Origin: Desulfuromonas sp.
GTDB lineage: Bacteria > Desulfobacterota > Desulfuromonadia > Desulfuromonadales > BM501
Direction: 5' to 3'
Assembly: GCF_002868845.1 (NCBI RefSeq)
Contig: NZ_PKUB01000014.1
Span: 27,762-91,761, forward strand
Length of the DNA stretch: 64,000 bases
Shown: piece after piece, positions 1 through 8,391 of the stretch
How the letters are laid out: the number at the start of each line of letters is the position of its first letter
Position numbering within the stretch: the first letter of the stretch is position 1
Made by a program: the position numbers and the translations under genes
Notes under the pieces: generated by a model
Told to the model about the DNA's origin: nothing
The model's database searches: none
What the model saw: only the letters and a program-made list of their open reading frames with translations

Positions 1-1
1 G

Positions 2-199
2 ACGCTGCTGATCTTCCGCGTGCTCCAGAACGCGGTCGTCCATCCTCCCTTCCCGGCCAAGGAGATCGAGTTAGGCCTGCGCACCTACATGCGGGGCCGC
101 ATGCGGGGTGGCACCAAACGAGCCACCTCCGAGAACCATCCGACGATCCTCCCCAGCGCTATCCCAGCGTTGGAAGGCTTGGGCGACATCCCTTTCTAA
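2..199 (+). CDS. 3' end of an unidentified GC-rich ORF (last 65 codons, stop TAA 197-199)
   Basis: Frame is open from the window edge. Composition is GC-rich like the core half. No recognisable motif. Confidence 0.3.
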   Translation, partial: TLLIFRVLQNAVVHPPFPAKEIELGLRTYMRGRMRGGTKRATSENHPTILPSAIPALEGLGDIPF

Positions 200-424
200 G
201 CCCAGACCACAGAACCACTTCACGGTGCCCACATGGCGCCTTTTTACATCCCAAAGTGGACACTAAGCTCCTCGAAGATTCCACTCGCAATTCAAGAAAG
301 CGCCGTGCTGGCTGGGCAAGCCCTTACGCCTCTCAGGGGGAGAGTTTTTCTCATCTTCTAGGTAAGCAGCAGTCGTTGCCACTTGAGCCGCAATCCCTAC
401 CGGTTCACACGAATCTCTTTTGGC

Positions 425-484
425 TTGACATCTTCAATTGGATAATGTAGTATCCATTTGCGTATTGCAGTATCCAATTGGATA
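425..484 (+). promoter_or_regulatory. sigma-70-like promoter overlapped by TTGGATA/TATCCAA operator-like palindromes
   Basis: TTGACA (425-430), 17-nt spacer, TAGTAT (448-453). Half-sites lie at 438-444 and 451-457. A perfect 14-bp palindrome TATCCAATTGGATA lies at 471-484, just upstream of the regulator gene. Confidence 0.4.
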
Positions 485-515
485 CTTTAGTGCCCTTAGG
501 CGTGGAGAGACATTA

Positions 516-1436
516 ATGCCATTACCTCTACAGCGTAGTACCCTCAGATACCCCCTTGATGGTGCGCTTGGCACCCCCGCCATGGTGCGCCTAATCCGAG
601 TGTTGGTTCATGACGTGAACGGCCCTGTTGGCGTCACTGATGCGGCACAGATGGCAGGACTAACACGGGCTGGCACGCGCAGGTCGCTGGAGAAACTAGA
701 GCGACTTGGAGTGGCCGCCAGGCTTGGCACCGGACGTGCTCAAAAGTTCGCGCCGAAGGAAGGGAATCCGTTTTTACCTTTTCTTCGCGAGCTTTTCATG
801 ATGGAGCAACGCCAGCACGAGGAACTGCTCCGTGAACTCCGAGATGCAGTGGGGATACCCGAGATACAAGTTGCTTGGATGCTTGACCAACCAGCCGAGA
901 CTTTCCATGCTCTTGAAGTGGGGGTGATTGCTGAAACTCGGGCGATCAACTGGATTGGACCTGAACTTCGAACACGACTAATAGGCCTTGAAAAACGGTT
1001 CAATCTCATTGTTGAACTCGGCGTTTTCACCCGCGCAGACAGCCCAGGGATTCCTGACGGTGCAGTGATGCTGTGGGGAGCGGGGTCGAGTCCAGATGCA
1101 GGTCGAGCATTTGGCCTTCAGAGTCATACAGAGTCAGCGGAGCGGTCGCTGAGAATGTCGCTGGCCATCGCAGATCTGATCAAATCCGACCCGTCAATAA
1201 TTCGGCGGGCCCTCCATTACACAAGCCGGCTCCTACAAGAGGGGCAAGGGACTGCGGATAGTGACATAGGTGAGTGGCGACAGCTTCTTGAGACGTACTC
1301 GCCTGAGCGGTTGAGGGAGCTACTGGGTTCTAGGAGTTCTCGCGCAGAGCGCCTGAGAAGGAGTTCTCCATTTTTCGCGGTCCTGACGCCGGTTGAGCGC
1401 GATCGGATGCTCAAGCAGATAGAGGATGAACGATGA
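516..1436 (+). CDS. wHTH DNA-binding protein, putative AbiEi-like antitoxin/regulator
   Basis: ATG at 516 is preceded by GGAGAGA; the track start (TTG 438) lies inside the promoter. N-terminal wHTH-like segment: VTDAAQMAGLTRAGTRRSLEKLERLGV. The stop overlaps the next start (ATGA). Confidence 0.5.
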   Translation: MPLPLQRSTLRYPLDGALGTPAMVRLIRVLVHDVNGPVGVTDAAQMAGLTRAGTRRSLEKLERLGVAARLGTGRAQKFAPKEGNPFLPFLRELFMMEQRQHEELLRELRDAVGIPEIQVAWMLDQPAETFHALEVGVIAETRAINWIGPELRTRLIGLEKRFNLIVELGVFTRADSPGIPDGAVMLWGAGSSPDAGRAFGLQSHTESAERSLRMSLAIADLIKSDPSIIRRALHYTSRLLQEGQGTADSDIGEWRQLLETYSPERLRELLGSRSSRAERLRRSSPFFAVLTPVERDRMLKQIEDER

Positions 1437-1978
1437 GGTACGACCAACTTGAACACGCCATTCGTGCCGCCTGCACTGTTTCAGGCGACGATGAACTTCT
1501 CATTTTCGGTTCACAGGCCATTCTTGGTAGCTACCCCGATGCGCCGGAGAGTTTAAGGGCGTCAATTGAGGTCGACGTTCAGTCAAAAAATCTACCAGAA
1601 ATGACAGACCACATCGATGGGGCACTAGGCCTAGACTCTCAGTTCCATGTAACGCATGGCTTCTACGTTCATGGCGTTTCTATTGAAGCCGCCACGCTCC
1701 CAGAGGGGTGGGCCGATAGAACGGTCACGGTTTCTGATCCAGTCGGAACGAGGGGGCATAAAGGTCTATGTATCGAAGCCCATGATCTTGCCGCAAGCAA
1801 GCTCGTTGCGTACAGGGAAAAGGATCGGGTCTTTGTTGCGACCCTCTTGATTGAGAGTCTCATAGACGGGGAAACCCTGCTTGAGCGTATCAGGACCCTC
1901 CCGGTAGATGAGGACACTCGCGTAAGACTGGTCAGATGGGTTGAAATAACGCTCGCGGATATTCGCGGTGCAGACTGA
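1433..1978 (+). CDS. minimal nucleotidyltransferase-fold protein (DUF6036/AbiEii/MNT-like putative toxin)
   Basis: NTase signature LLIFGSQAILGS ... IEVDVQ (hG[GS]...[DE]hDh). 4-nt overlap with the upstream wHTH gene. Confidence 0.5.
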   Translation: MRYDQLEHAIRAACTVSGDDELLIFGSQAILGSYPDAPESLRASIEVDVQSKNLPEMTDHIDGALGLDSQFHVTHGFYVHGVSIEAATLPEGWADRTVTVSDPVGTRGHKGLCIEAHDLAASKLVAYREKDRVFVATLLIESLIDGETLLERIRTLPVDEDTRVRLVRWVEITLADIRGAD

Positions 1979-2334
1979 ACAGTTTTCAACCAAGATTCCA
2001 CCATGTAGCGCTCCCTTGAAAAATCTCCCGACAGCGCCCCTTTGCTCACCAGTGAGGCAGGGGGATTTTCGCTTGCCCCTTGCCGAAAAGTGCGCAACTG
2101 TACCCACGAAAGGTAGGCGGTTTGCCGGCGAGACCTAGCGCTTTCCGCCACCCCTTCCACCCACATTCGGCCCTAGGGGCCCTTCTCTAAATCCATCGAA
2201 ATCGATGGGTTTAGAGAGCTGTCACTGTAACCACAAGATGTAGGGGGTGGTGGAGTTAAGTGCGTAACCCAAATCCCTGATTTTAAACACATGGCCAAGC
2301 CCGACTGTGGTGGAGTGGAGGTGAGGTTCAACCT

Positions 2335-2873
2335 TTACGAGGGGGGCCTCAGGATGGCTTTCGTATGCGACGGCCAAGGTAGGACTTGAAGAGCTGGATG
2401 TCCACATCGGAGATGCTGGCAGGAGCGTTTCGATATGAAGACATTTAGCACTTTGGGGCTCAATGTCCAAACGGCAGCGTTTGCATGTTTCTGAGGCCCC
2501 TGAACAAACCACCCGGGATAGAGTACCACTGATTGCACAGCAACCATCCTCGCCGTCTCTTCTATCAAGAACCCTTTGAGCCAATTGGATTGGGCCTTGG
2601 CCTGCACAATAGGGTTGCGATCGGGCCGCGCTCCGAGGATTCGCACTTCTTCCCCATCGTAAACAATCTTGGCTTCACAGCGAGGCTTGCTGACCGTTTT
2701 TGTCTCGACGTTAAACAGACCCTTCGGGCCGATGATGACATTGTCCAGGTAATCCCGTCGCCCAGGACATCTTGGAAGACATAGTTGCCTTGGCGTCGCA
2801 GGTCTTCCAGACACTGACCGACGGCGCGTTCGCGGTCTCGGCCGTGCTTGAGAAGCTTAAGCTCCTTAACCCC
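2335..2873 (-). pseudogene. NERD-domain gene, frameshifted
   Basis: The NERD core DYLDNVIIGPKGLFNVETK is in one frame. The expected upstream part (GRDRERAVGQCLEDLRRQGNYVFQDVLGDG) is in another frame and joins at ~2755-2770. There is no start codon for the upstream piece, and the C-terminus also looks degenerate. Confidence 0.55.
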
Positions 2874-3083
2874 TCACACCATTTTCCACGCCGAATACGC
2901 GCTTATTCCAAAATCGACCGCGCGAAAATTCGACTTTTTCCTGGAACCCCATTCGAGAGATCCAGGACTGTCGCCACTTAATAAACATTTCATCATTTTC
3001 TTGCTTTTCTGCGCTCAGAATGATAAAAATTCGTGTCATATTAAACCCTTGTCTTTTTCACTCGAATTTTTCAAGGGGGAGGA

Positions 3084-3275
3084 ATGGTTAAAAGAGGGCC
3101 TGCATCCCCATCCAATTCTGCTTGGTTGACTCGTCGCAAAATCATCGACCCAAAGCTTAAGGCCGCTGGTTGGAGGGTCGTCGGAACAAAAGACTTCGAT
3201 TCCACCAAGCCCCTTGAGGGCGAAGTTGTTCAAACGGGTGAAAGGCGTGGAGCACGGTTCAAGTTGTGCAATTAA
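3084..3275 (+). pseudogene. possible remnant of a restriction-enzyme N-terminus (HsdR_N-like)
   Basis: LTRRKIIDPKLKAAGWRVV resembles the TRxxLIDPxLxxAGW signature at the N-terminus of type I/III restriction subunits. The ORF stops after 63 codons. Confidence 0.25.
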
Positions 3276-3311
3276 CACGGGAGGATTTCAATATTAAAGA
3301 GGAGGGGAAAC

Positions 3312-4280
3312 ATGGCATCTCCTGACTTGCTGCAGAGGGAATTGAAATGGCTTGGTTCGCCTACAGTGAACCACTTCGGAACCATTACAGAAATCCGGGG
3401 GCTCCTTCCTACCTTTGTCCGCCGCCCGTTCTCGACCGTCTCGGTCGATGGAGCCAACGACCTGCCAAGCAACGCCTTCCTCGATGTGATCGTCCGGACC
3501 CCCCTGAATGAGGGAGACGAAGAAATCCCGGTCGGTGTTGTGTCCAAACAATACCAACTTGTTCAGCACGCAGAGGTTCTCGACAAGGCTATCGAGGCAA
3601 TTAAAAAGGCTGGCATTGCCCCTGAGAAGGTCAAGGCAGATTTGACAATCACAAAGTACGGAGAGCGCGTCGGCCTGCATCTCCAGTTTCCAGAAGAATA
3701 TGGCCTTGACCCTGGCGACGGTCACCGCCTCGCGCTGAGGCTCGGGTGTTTCAATTCCGTTGATGGAAGCACCAAGTTTAGAGCCGTCTTGGGATGGATT
3801 CGGTTCGTGTGCAGCAATGGAATGATCGTTGGATCAGCCCGGACCGATTTTCGAAGCAGGCATACCCAGAGCCTGCAAGTCGAGGGCTTGTATGAACTGC
3901 TTGAGGACGGGATTGATCGAGCCATAAAAGAAAAAGACAACCTGCAAAGATGGGTTAAGACGCCTTTAGGGGAACAAAAGCTAGTCGAATGGGTCGATGG
4001 CCCCCTTGCGAAAAAGTGGGGCATCAAAGCCGCGACCAGGGCATTTCACATCGCCAGAAAAGGCAAGGATGTGCATGTCGTCCCATTCACGGAGAAACTG
4101 CCGCCTTCAGAGAAAGAGGTCGAATTCCTAGATGCTGTTCCCGGCTCTTCGGAAGCAGCCAAAAACCTCTATGCAGTGAGTCAGGTCCTGACCTGGTTGG
4201 CCGGACAACGCAGTGATATTGAGGAGCAGCTTTCCTGGCAAAGAGACGTCCCGGACCTGATGATGGGTCTGGCAGGGTGA
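3312..4280 (+). CDS. DUF932-family protein (common on ICEs, plasmids and islands)
   Basis: GGAGGGG RBS. Motifs VVSKQYQLVQHAEVL and FNSVDGSTKFRAVLGWIRFVCSNGM are typical of DUF932. Confidence 0.6.
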   Translation: MASPDLLQRELKWLGSPTVNHFGTITEIRGLLPTFVRRPFSTVSVDGANDLPSNAFLDVIVRTPLNEGDEEIPVGVVSKQYQLVQHAEVLDKAIEAIKKAGIAPEKVKADLTITKYGERVGLHLQFPEEYGLDPGDGHRLALRLGCFNSVDGSTKFRAVLGWIRFVCSNGMIVGSARTDFRSRHTQSLQVEGLYELLEDGIDRAIKEKDNLQRWVKTPLGEQKLVEWVDGPLAKKWGIKAATRAFHIARKGKDVHVVPFTEKLPPSEKEVEFLDAVPGSSEAAKNLYAVSQVLTWLAGQRSDIEEQLSWQRDVPDLMMGLAG

Positions 4281-4289
4281 TTTAACGAG

Positions 4290-4322
4290 AAGCCCCACGG
4301 CAATTTGCTGTGGGGCTTTTTT
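4290..4322 (+). terminator. rho-independent terminator
   Basis: Stem AAGCCCCAC / GTGGGGCTT with an 11-nt loop, followed by TTTTTT. Confidence 0.7.
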
Positions 4323-4514
4323 GTGGTTTTGCGCTTTTGAGTTTTGTGCGCAACAAGAAATTCGATTACTCGTTTTTCGGGTCTCAGTGGAAGCCAAGTG
4401 TCGCCCTAGAGGAGCCAGCCCCGGCTGGGAGCTAAAATAGTCGAACCCTAACCGCTTTCAGCTTTGTGAAAGAGTGCCATTGCAATTTGTTTTCAAACTT
4501 CGGGAGGGAATGCG

Positions 4515-7500
4515 ATGTTTCATTTGACACAACGTGTAGCCTGGCACGACAGCAATTGGACCGGGACAATATGTCTTAAGCCATCCAATAACTCATATTG
4601 CATATCCCTTGACAGGATCAGGGGAGAGCGTGAGGGCGCAAAAGAAGACAAAGCACAAGGCTGCTCTTGGTCGGATCTGTCCCAAAATGATTTACCCTCA
4701 TGCATCGCCGAATCGGCTGGTTTTATGAACTCCCAAGAATGGTCACGGGAATTTCGCCACCCGTATAGTAAAAACAAAAAAACCAAGGACACCCATGGTC
4801 ACCTCAAACCAACTACGGTAAAAGTGCCGAGGTTTGCCACATTTTCCGTTCCCTTCGGCTGGATGCTCCGAGAGCATCAAAAAACCGTAGAGGAAGGCCT
4901 GCCAACCCCCCTGCCATCCGACAAGGTGTCACCATTCCCATCTCCCTGGGTTTTTGGGCGCGAACGCCAAGAGGCTTTGCTAGATCTCATGTTCGGTCGA
5001 ATATCCCCCGAACATTCCCTGGTCTTTTTTTACTGCAAAGAAGGGCAGCCCGTTGACGAGTCGATTTCAAGGTTGGTCGTCGGGGTTGGTCGCATCCTTT
5101 CCGTTGGGCAGACAACATTATACGAATCAGACCAGAGCAGCACCTACCCTCTTTGGGACCGGGTTGTCCGCCACTCCATCAGGCCAGAGGGAACCGATGG
5201 TTTCCTCATGCCCTACCATGAGTACCTCGAACCGACAGGCGATTCTGAAGAAGATGAACGTCGTCGCCGCCTTCTAAAAGAAATCGCCATCGTACCCGAA
5301 TCAACCCAAATCCGTTCCTTTTCTTATGCCGCAGAACTTGCCCGAGCAGATATTGCGTTGGCTACCATCGTTCAGTGCTTAGAAGCGGTCCGCAAAATTC
5401 GCGAACATGGCATCGCAAAAGGCCCCTGGCCCCAACGGGAAGAATGGCTCAACCAGCAAATCGCCTCTATCTGGGAGAGCAGGGGGGCGTTTCCGGGTAC
5501 GGGATCTGCGCTCGAAGCATTGGGTATGCGGCTTGGCACCTCGCTTCACCTAGAGCTTATGGCGTCTGGGGCATTATCCTCCGAAGAAAACCCTTGGGGG
5601 AAAATCGACCAAATTATCCGTGGAGAGATGAAGCCTCCCCAGCCTGCCTATGAGGCGGACCTGAAAGCTGTCCGGCAAACCTGGATCAACCTTTCCGACG
5701 AGAGAAAAGAGCTGTTTCTGCTCCTTTCCCGGATGGACCTTTCGCCCAAACAAACCAAGCGTTGGTTCAATGAACACGAACGGAACAGGGCCACAAAGCG
5801 GCCTGTAAATGACGCCGAAATTATTGGCAACCCTTATCGCATTGTTGAATGCGATTTGGGCGATGACAAAGAGCCGCCTGTTACTCTGGGTACGGTTGAT
5901 CGTGCCTTACTCCCAGAAGATACCATTCGGGCAAAACACCCGGTTCCTGAACCATCCCATATAGGATCTTTGGGCGATGCCAGAAGAATTCGGGCCGCCC
6001 TGGTCACTGTTTTATCCCAGGCGGCAGTCGAAGGCGATGCCTTGCTGAGCATTACAGAAACCCTTGAACTCCTCGAATTGATAAACCAGGGAAATGGCTT
6101 CCACATAGGTCAGGATTGGATTTTCGCCAATCGGGAGTTTCTATCTGACGAGATTGTGATCCTTGAAATCCCGAGCAAAGATTCCACTAAGAGCGGAGTT
6201 GCCGCATTGCAGCTTTGTGATCTGAAGAGAAGGGAGGAAAGTCTTAGAAAAATCCTCGCGGCAAGGGCAAGAAAAGAACTCCCTTCCCTAAAATCTGACT
6301 GGACGGCCTTGGTCAAAAAATCCATTGAAGAGTCCAAGAGTTTATTTGACGAAAAAAACGATCGCCACATCCAGGCATTAAAAGAACAATCCTACGCATT
6401 GGAAAGGCTGACAACCCATAAGCTCAGTGCGTTGACAGGAAAGGCAGGCACAGGAAAAACCTCGGTTCTTGGCGCCCTTTTGAGGTGCGAGGATCTTGTC
6501 CAAGATGGAATCCTTTTGTTGGCTCCTACCGGAAAAGCGAGGGTACGCCTCGGCAAGGCTGCCGACGCTGAGGCCATGACGATCGCGCAGTTTCTTTACG
6601 GCCTAGGCCGCTTTGATGGCATTCGGCAGCGTCCTCTTTTCTCAGGCAAGGAGAAATACCGAAAAGAAAAGACGGTGGTCATAGATGAATGTTCAATGCT
6701 TACCATGGATGACCTTTTGGCCGTTTTCGAAGCACTTGACCTAGCACATGTCCAGAGGTTGATCCTTGTCGGTGATCCTAACCAGTTACCACCTATCGGG
6801 GTTGGAAGGCCCTTCGCGGACCTTGTTGGTTATCTTGAAAAGATGGCGCTGGAAGACGATCCCAATTCAAGAGTTTTGGGCTCTTCCCTAGCGCGTCTTT
6901 TCGTGGAAGTGCGCACTGCGGTGGGGGCCCCCTCGGACACCCTCCGCCTGGCATCCTGGTTTTCTCGGGAGCCACAGATGGTGGACTCTGACAGGGTTCT
7001 AAGTGAAATGGAGTTGGGCTCGTCATTCAATGATCTTGAAATTTGCTTCTGGAATTCTCCCGACGAGTTGCGGGCTACAATGTTGTCTCAATTCCAAAAG
7101 TACCTTGATCTGAATGGAGCCGAAGACGTTGACGGATTTAACGCTGCGCTCGGTTTGGATGAAAAAGGATGGGTACCGTTCGATTCTCCTGATGGCTCAG
7201 AGAATTTCCAGGTTCTTTCACCGGTTCGAAGGCACTATTATGGAGTTTATGCCCTGAACCGCTGGATTCAGCAACATTTTCGAAAAAAGGAATTGCTTAA
7301 CTCGCGTCAAGGCTGGGGGAAGGTTTCCTTAAGTGACGAGGAAATTGTTTGCAAGGACAAGATAATCCAAACACGAAACCAGAAGAGAAAGTTTTTTGAT
7401 GGTCAAAATGAAGGCGAGGAATACTTGGCCAATGGCGAAATCGGAATGGCAGCAACAGGAACGAGCAAATTCCTCAACATTGCTTTTGCAGGACGCCCCA

Positions 7501-8204
7501 ACAAAACCTTTGGATACAGAGGTAAGGATTTCCCCAGGGGGAAAGGGCCTCTGGAACTCGCATACGTCTTAACCATCCACAAATCCCAAGGCAGTGAATT
7601 CCAAAAAGTATTCGTCGTCCTCCCTAAAGATTGTCCATTAGTCTCAAGGGAACTACTGTACACAGCATTGACGAGGGCAAAGGAAAAACTGATCCTATTG
7701 ATCGAAGGTGACAACGTCAGCGCCCTCTACGATCTGACGAGACCAGAAAAGTCCGAAACTGCCCGACGCAATACCAATCTTTTTGTTGGGCAAGGCGCCG
7801 TAAGGGAGCGGTCAGACTTGATACCCTACGCCGACCATCTTATTCACCGTACTGATAAAGGGCATATGGTTCGCAGTAAGTCGGAACTTGTCATAGCCAA
7901 CAAACTTTTCCAAATGAATTTGAACTATGAGTATGAACGGGTCCTGGAAGGGACATCTGAACCAGGACGCCTGCGACCCGATTTTTCATTCGTTGATCCG
8001 GCCGGGGACCTCATCATCTGGGAACACCTGGGGATGCTTTTCAGAGTTGATTATCAGCGCTCCTGGGAGTGGAAGAAAGCTTGGTACCAGAAAAATGGGT
8101 TTGTTGAAGGCGTCAATCTTTTTACGACCTTCGATGATGAAAACGGCGGATTGGACTCCTCGCAGCTAACCGCAGTAGCAGATAAGATTGAAAATATGGT
8201 GTAA
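4515..8204 (+). CDS. 1229-aa protein: unassigned ~600-aa N-terminal region + SF1 RecD/TraA-like helicase + C-terminal restriction-endonuclease-like module
   Basis: GGGAGGG lies 6 nt upstream of the ATG. Helicase motifs: LTGKAGTGKTS (~6437-6463), VVIDECSML (~6675-6700), LILVGDPNQLPPIG, VLTIHKSQGSEF, LLYTALTRAKEKL. C-terminal motif SKSE..YEYE..RPDF..IIWEHLG (~7876-8040). The N-terminus starts RVAWHDSNWTGTIC..NNSYC. Confidence 0.8.
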   Translation: MFHLTQRVAWHDSNWTGTICLKPSNNSYCISLDRIRGEREGAKEDKAQGCSWSDLSQNDLPSCIAESAGFMNSQEWSREFRHPYSKNKKTKDTHGHLKPTTVKVPRFATFSVPFGWMLREHQKTVEEGLPTPLPSDKVSPFPSPWVFGRERQEALLDLMFGRISPEHSLVFFYCKEGQPVDESISRLVVGVGRILSVGQTTLYESDQSSTYPLWDRVVRHSIRPEGTDGFLMPYHEYLEPTGDSEEDERRRRLLKEIAIVPESTQIRSFSYAAELARADIALATIVQCLEAVRKIREHGIAKGPWPQREEWLNQQIASIWESRGAFPGTGSALEALGMRLGTSLHLELMASGALSSEENPWGKIDQIIRGEMKPPQPAYEADLKAVRQTWINLSDERKELFLLLSRMDLSPKQTKRWFNEHERNRATKRPVNDAEIIGNPYRIVECDLGDDKEPPVTLGTVDRALLPEDTIRAKHPVPEPSHIGSLGDARRIRAALVTVLSQAAVEGDALLSITETLELLELINQGNGFHIGQDWIFANREFLSDEIVILEIPSKDSTKSGVAALQLCDLKRREESLRKILAARARKELPSLKSDWTALVKKSIEESKSLFDEKNDRHIQALKEQSYALERLTTHKLSALTGKAGTGKTSVLGALLRCEDLVQDGILLLAPTGKARVRLGKAADAEAMTIAQFLYGLGRFDGIRQRPLFSGKEKYRKEKTVVIDECSMLTMDDLLAVFEALDLAHVQRLILVGDPNQLPPIGVGRPFADLVGYLEKMALEDDPNSRVLGSSLARLFVEVRTAVGAPSDTLRLASWFSREPQMVDSDRVLSEMELGSSFNDLEICFWNSPDELRATMLSQFQKYLDLNGAEDVDGFNAALGLDEKGWVPFDSPDGSENFQVLSPVRRHYYGVYALNRWIQQHFRKKELLNSRQGWGKVSLSDEEIVCKDKIIQTRNQKRKFFDGQNEGEEYLANGEIGMAATGTSKFLNIAFAGRPNKTFGYRGKDFPRGKGPLELAYVLTIHKSQGSEFQKVFVVLPKDCPLVSRELLYTALTRAKEKLILLIEGDNVSALYDLTRPEKSETARRNTNLFVGQGAVRERSDLIPYADHLIHRTDKGHMVRSKSELVIANKLFQMNLNYEYERVLEGTSEPGRLRPDFSFVDPAGDLIIWEHLGMLFRVDYQRSWEWKKAWYQKNGFVEGVNLFTTFDDENGGLDSSQLTAVADKIENMV

Positions 8205-8391
8205 GTATGGCTCTTTGTTTTGTCAGTCCGAGGTTTTTACCTTGGCTAAAGGATGAGCGCAAAGATAATCAAAAATAGCCTGTTTGCATAACAAAATATT
8301 CCAACCAAAGCGAACACAACGACCATATGTTAATTCAATAATCCATAAATCGCCTTCATAGTGCTCAAACTCTTAAAAACCATATTGAAAA

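Noticed and set aside
438-515. A TTG start at 438 for the wHTH regulator, plus similar N-terminal extensions in the track for glmS, glmU, dnaX, ybaB, both hsp20 genes, hsdR, the patatin gene, the radical SAM gene and the 533-aa ATPase.
   Set aside because: Downstream ATGs have proper RBS spacing and match the conserved N-termini of the families. Several of the extensions would also overlap promoters, RNA genes or upstream genes.
2185-2216. A 32-nt imperfect palindrome, CTCTAAATCCATCGAAATCGATGGGTTTAGAG.
   Set aside because: It is an isolated hairpin or operator-like element in a decayed, apparently non-coding stretch. It has no T-tract, no adjacent gene and no second copy, so it is not interpretable.
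4400-4514. A sigma-54 or clear sigma-70 promoter for the helicase/GHKL operon, for example the TGCCATTGCAA region at ~4475 or TGGCAC on the opposite strand.
   Set aside because: No GG-N10-GC arrangement exists in the correct orientation. The candidate -35/-10 hexamers are too weak to call by eye.
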